Shown here piece after piece: positions 55,860-61,740 of a DNA stretch of 61,740 nucleotides. Within the stretch, counting starts at the first letter, position 1; each line of letters starts with the position of its first letter. The stretch is from the IMG/VR virus record IMGVR_UViG_3300029258_001356, positions 1 through 61,740 of that record. One strand, given 5' to 3'. The translations under genes were made by a program, and so were the position numbers. The notes beneath the pieces are model-generated. The model was not told the DNA's origin and made no database searches. It saw only the letters and a list, made by a program, of their open reading frames with translations. Origin of the DNA: a virus. Lineage: Duplodnaviria > Caudoviricetes.

Positions 55860-56142
55860 GGTCTCCTCCTGTATATTTGTATAACGTTGTCTGTGGATGT
55901 AGATTATGATTCTTATGCCTTAGAACCCTATCTAGTTCCATGACAGGCAAGTCTTTAGCTAGTTTAAATTGAATAGAATTATCTCTTCTCCTCATTAGAC
56001 CTGAATACAATTTCCTAAGAGTACCAGCATGAAAGTTCCAATTCTGATCTGCATACTTAGGCATAGCAATCCCTAGATAAGATGACGCAACCCACTTATC
56101 CTTGTTTGCCTTTAGAACCTCTAGAGCTTCCTCTTGATTCAT
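55819..56142 (-). CDS. Hypothetical wHTH-like protein
   Basis: MNQEEALEVLKANKDKWV...LRKL; operon coupling. Confidence 0.5.
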   Translation of the reverse strand: MNQEEALEVLKANKDKWVASSYLGIAMPKYADQNWNFHAGTLRKLYSGLMRRRDNSIQFKLAKDLPVMELDRVLRHKNHNLHPQTTLYKYTGGDHVKKKRTEERQSF

Positions 56143-56545
56143 ATTGTATCACCTCTATTGCTGGCCAATGTAACCAGTACTTAACATCCTCTTCTTTGTA
56201 TGATTTTTCATAAATGACTTTCTTGATGCCCGCCTGAATGCAAAGCTTAATACAGATCGGACAAGGTAGATGAGTGACATACATTGTCGCTCCTTTTGAC
56301 TTCTCTCCTGCGAATACCATTGCGTTCATCTCTGCGTGTGTGACTCTTATGCAATGGTCATTCACTAATAAGCAACCTACATCATCACAGTGAGGCATTC
56401 CTCTGGGTGCTCCATTGTATCCGGTTGCTACTACTTGTTTGTCTTTGACTATCACACAACCTACTTTAGCTCTAGGGCAGGTCCCTCTGTCCTTGACTAT
56501 GTTAGCCATCTTCATATAATACTCGTCGTGTGTCATTCTACTCAT
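56096..56545 (-). CDS. dCMP deaminase
   Basis: TC.RAKVG, ATGYNGAPRG, HAEMNA, PCPIC. Confidence 0.93.
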   Translation of the reverse strand: MSRMTHDEYYMKMANIVKDRGTCPRAKVGCVIVKDKQVVATGYNGAPRGMPHCDDVGCLLVNDHCIRVTHAEMNAMVFAGEKSKGATMYVTHLPCPICIKLCIQAGIKKVIYEKSYKEEDVKYWLHWPAIEVIQYESRGSSRGSKGKQG

Positions 56546-56823
56546 TCTTGATTCTCCACTATACGTATTCCAGCAACCTCTACAGATCGACTGTATACGC
56601 CCCAGAGAACGTACTGTAAGAGCTTATCTACTGGTATTACAGTAACCCTACCCTTCTTATGTTGGGTGTTTAGAAAGCCTCTCCGGACTCTATGTTGATA
56701 TGAATATCCTCTCGTCGTGTTACCATATGAACACTTCCTCATAGTGATGTGATTGGGTGTGACCTTTGTTATCTTACCTACAGTGAAGTTCCCTTTGACA
56801 TACATACCTACTCTCCAGTTCAT
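56542..56823 (-). CDS. Hypothetical SH3-like protein
   Basis: WRVGMYV...GKITKV; coupled ORFs. Confidence 0.5.
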   Translation of the reverse strand: MNWRVGMYVKGNFTVGKITKVTPNHITMRKCSYGNTTRGYSYQHRVRRGFLNTQHKKGRVTVIPVDKLLQYVLWGVYSRSVEVAGIRIVENQE

Positions 56824-57017
56824 TATGATTTCACCATTACGTCCTTTGTATTCTCTGAAGGATTAAAGAGTATCGTCTCTCCCTTCTTGATGTCTCTAGC
56901 TGCTACACCATTTGGTAGGCTCTCAGGAATAGAACACTTCATAAACTTACCATCTACGATTCTTATGAAATGCCCACTCTTCATATCTTCTCCGGACTCT
57001 ATCTCCTGTTCAATCAT
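56823..57017 (-). CDS. Hypothetical protein
   Basis: GGAGG RBS; GVAARDIKKGE. Confidence 0.55.
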   Translation of the reverse strand: MIEQEIESGEDMKSGHFIRIVDGKFMKCSIPESLPNGVAARDIKKGETILFNPSENTKDVMVKS

Positions 57018-57266
57018 TCTTTCGCCTCCTTCTTCTCTAAGCGCTTGATAATCCCCTTAACTACACATCTCATAGTCTTGAGATTTACGTCTATGTTCTT
57101 CAGTTCATTTATTATGTCTTTATTCCTCATCACTCATCACTCTCCTTTGGCTCTGACGCCTCCTGCTTCTCCCTACATTCATCACACCATAAAACACTTG
57201 GCTTCTTATTTGTTCCATTATGTATATTTACTAATCTTGGCTTATCTTTTCCACAATTCTTACATA

Positions 57267-57461
57267 TCATTTCTCTGTCACCTCTTCTTCCCAAGGACAG
57301 CCAAGACAGTTATCCTCTTCACAGTCTTCACACATATTGCCTATCTCAGATATGCACAACATCTTAGCTCTATACTTCTTTCCTTTGAAGTGAATACCAT
57401 CTAGTCTTACTTCAAAGAACTTCGATGGAATTTCTATTGTCTTAACTTTTTCTTCACTCAT
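57267..57461 (-). CDS. Hypothetical Cys-containing protein
   Basis: GGAGG RBS; shares a 17-aa block with its neighbour. Confidence 0.55.
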   Translation of the reverse strand: MSEEKVKTIEIPSKFFEVRLDGIHFKGKKYRAKMLCISEIGNMCEDCEEDNCLGCPWEEEVTEK

Positions 57462-57639
57462 TTTTGTCGTCCTCCTTGTACCACTTCTTACTTATCTTTG
57501 GTCTGGCTCCCTTCATTCTATACAAGGCAACCTCTGTGTGTATCACCAGTTTCTTTGGCATGAGTAGTTTGAGTGCAGCTACATCTTGCTCAGATATGCA
57601 CAACATCTTAGCTCTATACTTCTTTCCTTTGAAGTGAAT
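57345..57639. repeat. Exact 51-bp direct repeat (57345-57395 and 57589-57639)
   Basis: CTCAGATATGCACAACATCTTAGCTCTATACTTCTTTCCTTTGAAGTGAAT occurs twice. Confidence 0.9.
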
Positions 57640-57786
57640 GTACATGCGACCATCTGGCAGCATAGACATATATCTCCTCTTGAAGTATTCCTCAGCTTCC
57701 TTCTTAGTCTTCGGAAGCCTCAGTTTCTTTTTCTTCTTAATCTTCTTTGACATCTTCTGTTCTTTCCGTTGCACCAAAGTGCTCAC
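57454..57786 (-). CDS. Hypothetical basic protein
   Basis: ORF on the coding strand; contains the duplicated block. Confidence 0.55.
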   Translation of the reverse strand: MSTLVQRKEQKMSKKIKKKKKLRLPKTKKEAEEYFKRRYMSMLPDGRMYIHFKGKKYRAKMLCISEQDVAALKLLMPKKLVIHTEVALYRMKGARPKISKKWYKEDDKNE

Positions 57787-58011
57787 CTACAACCTCATCA
57801 GTCATTAGTGGTTGGTAGCTTGGCTTCTCCTTCTCCATCTCCTTCTTTACTCCTCTCTCCCTTGCAGCCAGTATCTTCTGATGTCTCTTTCTCGACTTCT
57901 CTACCATTCTTTTTCCTAGTCCCATCTGTATCACTCTCCTCGTATTCTGTCTGACCTGTTTCCAGGTTTCCTTTTATTTTTGTCATGATTATCACCGAAA
58001 GCCGTACCCAA

Positions 58012-58186
58012 TGCCTCACCTACTTGCCGATCGGAAACGTACAGTAGGAATTGGTATAGGAATACTCCCGTGGTCGACTTCCTTTAGTGTATCACCTTTG
58101 ATTATAACCTCAGGGAGGGGGAAGGCCTGGCAGGACCTTCGAAACCCTGAGTCTCTTTCCATGGAGGAAAAGAGTATGAGTAGGCA
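58012..58186 (-). ncRNA. Structured RNA domain (multi-hairpin)
   Basis: CTCAGGG/CCCTGAG enclosing GAAGG/CCTTC; CTCTTT/AAAGAG hairpin; TGCCT/AGGCA closing stem; no credible ORF. Confidence 0.5.
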
Positions 58187-58263
58187 GAGGATGATGGGAC
58201 TTGCACCCATTAACTTAAGCTCCCTCCTGTAGTTGATTGCCCATTCCTACAGGCCACATCCTC
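58186..58263 (-). ncRNA. tRNA-like RNA D (acceptor plus T arm)
   Basis: Minus strand: GAGGATG...ATGGG-TGCAAGT-CCCAT-CATCCTC-T; interior hairpin CCTGTAG/CTACAGG. Confidence 0.7.
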
Positions 58264-58269
58264 ATAAGT

Positions 58270-58346
58270 AGGCTCCCGGAGCATTTCTGCCCCAGTCGTC
58301 TCGAACGACAAGCCAGATGGTCGAGAACCCCTGAAGCTTGGGAGCC
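58270..58346 (-). ncRNA. tRNA-like RNA C (acceptor plus T-arm mimic)
   Basis: Minus strand: GGCTCCC...GGGGC-AGAAAT-GCTCC-GGGAGCC-T; interior GTCGT-TCGAG-ACGAC. Confidence 0.6.
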
Positions 58347-58353
58347 ATAAGGC

Positions 58354-58470
58354 GGGGAGAGAGAAGCGAATGAGAGATGACCAACAAACGGGATTGCTGG
58401 CAAGATGAGATGGTGCCAAGAACCATCAAAGAAAGGCGGAAACCTTTCGAAGGATGCTTCTCTTCTCCCC
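58354..58470 (-). ncRNA. Structured RNA with 14-bp closing stem and two inner hairpins
   Basis: GGGGAGA(A)GAGAAGC/GCTTCTCTCTCCCC; GAAAGG/CCTTTC; GATGGT/ACCATC. Confidence 0.6.
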
Positions 58471-58500
58471 TGAGTTTTGATGAGTGAGTATGAGAAGGGC

Positions 58501-58725
58501 TTAACCCTTCTTCTTTTTCTTGTCCTTCTTCTCCTTCTTCTCTGGAGTTGCTACATAGGTTACTGAGTCATCAATAACATATGCCTTTGTGTCTCCACGG
58601 ACAATTGGCTTGCTCGTAACATGAGCTATTCTCTTCAGGTCCTTCAATGACCTGACTACGACTTCGCCAGAACCACTAGGGGTCTTGACAGCTTTTTCTG
58701 TCTTTACTACTACCGGTAGATTCAT
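58501..58725 (-). CDS. Hypothetical protein with Lys-rich tail
   Basis: AGGAGG RBS; hairpin over the stop codon. Confidence 0.65.
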   Translation of the reverse strand: MNLPVVVKTEKAVKTPSGSGEVVVRSLKDLKRIAHVTSKPIVRGDTKAYVIDDSVTYVATPEKKEKKDKKKKKG

Positions 58726-59278
58726 TTTGTTTTCCTCCTATCTCTTTCACATTATCAGGAAACGTGGCTTTGTATTCCGTTTTGAACTTCGTCTCAGGAA
58801 TCTCCACCTTAGCTCCTGGTGTGAATCTAATTGTTTCTTCTTCAGTGCGTGGCATAGAGACTCTCCCTTCCTTCCTCAGCTCATTAGATATCATCTCCAT
58901 GAGTCCCATTATCATATCATCTCTAGCTCCTTTGCCAAACAAGTCTTCAGCTACGCACATCTGATGCTGAAGACCTGACATCATAAATCCAGAATGCAAT
59001 TGAATCATGAATAACTTCTCTTCACGATCGTCTTTGATTAGACCGCTCTCTTTCGCCTTAATAGTAGCAGAGCACATCACTCCTGCAGAATTACCACCAA
59101 GCTCCTTACAGAACAAGTCAATGTTCTCTTGAAGGAACTCTCTCGTTCGATCTAAGAAGTTCAATGTCTCGTCGGAGAATCCTAGTTTCCTAGCTCTCAC
59201 TAACATCTCATCAGTACTCTCGGTCTCATCCGTTAGGATTGGACCCTTGTTCTCGTTCGCTCCTATCATCTTTCTCAT
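58676..59278 (-). CDS. Hypothetical protein
   Basis: 200-aa ORF on the coding strand. Confidence 0.6.
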   Translation of the reverse strand: MRKMIGANENKGPILTDETESTDEMLVRARKLGFSDETLNFLDRTREFLQENIDLFCKELGGNSAGVMCSATIKAKESGLIKDDREEKLFMIQLHSGFMMSGLQHQMCVAEDLFGKGARDDMIMGLMEMISNELRKEGRVSMPRTEEETIRFTPGAKVEIPETKFKTEYKATFPDNVKEIGGKQNESTGSSKDRKSCQDP

Positions 59279-59615
59279 CTCCCGTTTTATCGTCCTTTTG
59301 GATAGTATTTGGTAACCTTTCAGCGTTTATAAACTTTTCTCTGTTTTCGAGCATCTCTCGTATGATGTCTCGTGCAGCCTCTAGATCTCCTACTCTCCCC
59401 AATCTCTTCTCGATTTGATTCAGCCTCTCCTGGAGATCATCCCAATTCACGAAGTATCCCTCTCCTACTCTCCGAGCCTTGTGGTTGTCCGAGGAACCTA
59501 TCTGAGAACCCCAGATGTGTTGCACTAGGGAGTATGGTGCTTTTATGAAGACACCGAGCTTATCGTATCCAATCTCTACGTCCTTCTTTATCACCAAGTT
59601 TAGTTTCTCTGTCAT
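59226..59615 (-). CDS. Hypothetical protein
   Basis: ORF on the coding strand. Confidence 0.6.
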   Translation of the reverse strand: MTEKLNLVIKKDVEIGYDKLGVFIKAPYSLVQHIWGSQIGSSDNHKARRVGEGYFVNWDDLQERLNQIEKRLGRVGDLEAARDIIREMLENREKFINAERLPNTIQKDDKTGDEKDDRSEREQGSNPNG

Positions 59616-59903
59616 TATCCATGCCTCTCGTCTCTTCTTATTACTCTAACCTCATCAGACTCATCGTCATAAACGGTCAACACCCACACATCAGGAGAAC
59701 ACCCTTCGACTTTGTCTTTTCTTTTTTCTAGTATGTGCTTCATCCGAACAACGCCTCCATCTTAGGAGGAAAAAACAACTCCCATATAGCCTTGAACCAA
59801 TTGAATCTCTTTCCGGTCAACACTCTCTCAAATCTCCAGCTCTTAATTCTGAGCTTGAAGATTTCCCATCTTGCTTCGAATGGAAGATGAACTTGTATCC
59901 TCT

Positions 59904-60146
59904 TCATTGTTTCTCCTTCCATATATCATAGCGCCAAGTAGGGTTGTGAACTACTTCCCTTCGGCATATCTTACAGAGCCATTGCCTACGCCCATCAGGG
60001 CGCTTGACAAGACAACACTGTGTTTCCTTTGTGCATTCACAGCAGTGCATCTTATGCTCTGTCTCAAAGACTTCTACCTTACCTGTAGCCTTAGCAAGTT
60101 TAATCTTGTCAAACCTACTCGTGCGTTTTCTTTTCTTTTTCTTCAT
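59904..60146 (-). CDS. Small Zn-finger protein
   Basis: CCECT...WLCKIC. Confidence 0.6.
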   Translation of the reverse strand: MKKKKRKRTSRFDKIKLAKATGKVEVFETEHKMHCCECTKETQCCLVKRPDGRRQWLCKICRREVVHNPTWRYDIWKEKQ

Positions 60147-60369
60147 TGTATCTATCTATTCCTTTTGATAACTCATCTTTAGCACAGATGAAATCATGCA
60201 TAGTCAATGGGACTTTGTTATCAATCCAAAAGTTCCACTTATATCCCTGAGGCGTCCAGATAGGTCTGACTCCCATGAGAGGAATTAGTATTCCTATTCC
60301 TTCTTCCTTTCTGTCTACAGAGATTGATGTTTGCCCATCAATCGTAACGATTCTATATGAAAACTCCAT
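60115..60369 (-). CDS. Hypothetical protein
   Basis: AGGAGG RBS. Confidence 0.55.
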   Translation of the reverse strand: MEFSYRIVTIDGQTSISVDRKEEGIGILIPLMGVRPIWTPQGYKWNFWIDNKVPLTMHDFICAKDELSKGIDRYNEEKEKKTHE

Positions 60370-60378
60370 TGTGTCCTC

Positions 60379-60771
60379 CTATGAAGTGCAAATTGTGACT
60401 CTGGTCGAGACATCCCCGCTCTTCTTCTTCGCCTGCCCTACTAAACGCCTCGGCTTGGTGCCAGAGGAAGAAGTCGAGCGAGCAGAGAGCATCTCTTTAA
60501 CCGGTCTCATTTGCTCCTCTTTCATTCTTAAGTATTTCTTCTTATCACGCATGTGCGCAAAGAACTTCCAGTTGCAATACTCACACCCTAGATACTCTAC
60601 CTTGCGCTTTCCTTTTGAATCAAGAATCATTAGCTTACACTGCTTGAGCTTGTGACATCCCTTCCTACAGTAGTGTGACCGCATGTATGCTTTGTTAGCA
60701 TTAGCCATTTTCATAATGTAGTCAATCTTCCACATGAATATCTTATGGTCTATCCATTCGTAAAGTTTCAT
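60379..60771 (-). CDS. Hypothetical Zn-binding protein
   Basis: C..GCH...CEYC; ATGA coupling. Confidence 0.55.
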   Translation of the reverse strand: MKLYEWIDHKIFMWKIDYIMKMANANKAYMRSHYCRKGCHKLKQCKLMILDSKGKRKVEYLGCEYCNWKFFAHMRDKKKYLRMKEEQMRPVKEMLSARSTSSSGTKPRRLVGQAKKKSGDVSTRVTICTS

Positions 60772-61235
60772 TTTCCTTTCTCCTTAGGCATTGGAATTGG
60801 CGTAGGCATGTGAATACTAACATGACCAGGATATAGTCTTTTCATTTCACCATTCTCATTAATCTGTATGTATCCTTTTCCAAATACCTTAATGTCTTCT
60901 TCAACTTCTTGTACAATATCATGTGGTATTGAAACATCAGACCTCATTGGAATTCTAGCTCCATCGTATGATTCTAATTCATTGACAAGAGCCTTGACGT
61001 CTACATCTACTCTGCCTTCCATTCTTAGATATGAATCGTATGCCTCTTTGAGATATACCCACTTGCCATAATACTGACCGATCAATCCTTTCTTCATCTC
61101 ACGAAGTATAGCGTTACTCTCACGGATTCCTATCATCTTATTTGGAAATCCAGGAGTAAAGACTATCAAATCTTTCTTCTCAAGATTCTTGATCTCTTCT
61201 CCAGGCATTATTAGTTTCTCATCAAACGTTATCAT
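60768..61235 (-). CDS. Hypothetical protein with portal-like C-terminal motif
   Basis: DIKVFGKGYIQINENG...RLYP resembles the portal LxGNxY...lxP segment. Confidence 0.5.
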   Translation of the reverse strand: MITFDEKLIMPGEEIKNLEKKDLIVFTPGFPNKMIGIRESNAILREMKKGLIGQYYGKWVYLKEAYDSYLRMEGRVDVDVKALVNELESYDGARIPMRSDVSIPHDIVQEVEEDIKVFGKGYIQINENGEMKRLYPGHVSIHMPTPIPMPKEKGK

Positions 61236-61236
61236 T

Positions 61237-61575
61237 TCAAAACCCCCTCTCTACTCTTTCCTTCTCTGCCTTTGCTGCTGCTTCTACCTCTTCCCTGGAC
61301 AATCCAAAGAACTCTACTATCCATTTGCATGTTGTAACTCCTGCATATAATTCAGGATTCTTCTTCAAATACTCAAGATCAAGTTTTTCGTCATGATATT
61401 CTTTCCAATATTTTATGTGAAAGAAGATCTGTCCTATCGCCATCTGTATATCATTGGATATTCGTATGAACTCTGATGCAGCCCTCTCTCTAGCCCAGTC
61501 CTTGAAGCCAAGATTCATACCATTAAGAACTTTCATTGGGCACATGTCCAATGTGTATTCTGATTTCCCTATCAT
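61237..61575 (-). CDS. Hypothetical protein
   Basis: Tight packing with neighbours. Confidence 0.6.
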   Translation of the reverse strand: MIGKSEYTLDMCPMKVLNGMNLGFKDWARERAASEFIRISNDIQMAIGQIFFHIKYWKEYHDEKLDLEYLKKNPELYAGVTTCKWIVEFFGLSREEVEAAAKAEKERVERGF

Positions 61576-61596
61576 TTTAAAATCCCCTCTCTATCT

Positions 61597-61740
61597 TTTC
61601 CTTCTCTGCCAAAGACAAGAGCTTAAACATGTGATGGGCTAGAGGATTTGTTTCTAGTTCTCTTCTGACCTTACACATTGACTCTTCATCTACTGCACCA
61701 ATCCTCAACAGCACTCTATTCTCTGCTTCTCTACCGGTAC
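61597..61740. repeat. Terminal direct repeat (copy 2)
   Basis: Identical to 1-144. Confidence 0.95.

Noticed and set aside
58012-58470. RNase P RNA, SRP RNA or group I intron identity for the structured region
   Set aside because: I could not find the paired RNase P P4 consensus, the SRP helix-8 motif or an interrupted host gene by eye; left as unknown ncRNA pending an Rfam search
1-61740. Integrase, att site, transposon or inteins
   Set aside because: No tyrosine/serine recombinase, transposase or intein motifs were recognised; PolB, terminase and helicase show no large insertions in their cores

Overview
The window is an apparently complete circular or circularly permuted genome (~61,596 bp; bases 1-144 recur at 61597-61740 and an ORF reads through the join) of a tailed virus with HK97-type capsid and siphovirus-like tail genes. 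The host is most likely an archaeon, judging from the Hjc resolvase, PriS-PriL primase, family B polymerase, BRE/TATA promoters and GGAGGTGA ribosome-binding sites. A + strand arm (1657-20771) carries replication, nucleotide metabolism and small early genes. A - strand arm (20871-61596, continuing to ~1130) carries lysis, tail, head, packaging and accessory genes. The arms diverge from a probable origin at ~1140-1650. Three things stand out. (1) A bacterial-type class II CCA/poly(A)-polymerase-family nucleotidyltransferase with an altered EDxxR template sits between terminase and portal and carries a putative prohead-protease site. The genome also has two clusters of structured RNAs holding four tRNA top-half mimics without encoded CCA. 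(2) A probable cytosine-modification pathway: dNMP kinase, dCTPase/dUTPase, an Asp-type thymidylate-synthase homologue plus a degenerate paralogue, and a UDG-like domain fused to PolB. (3) A recurring E-x-A-(D/E) motif across head-module proteins. All calls come from motif reading by eye; no searches or folding programs were run.
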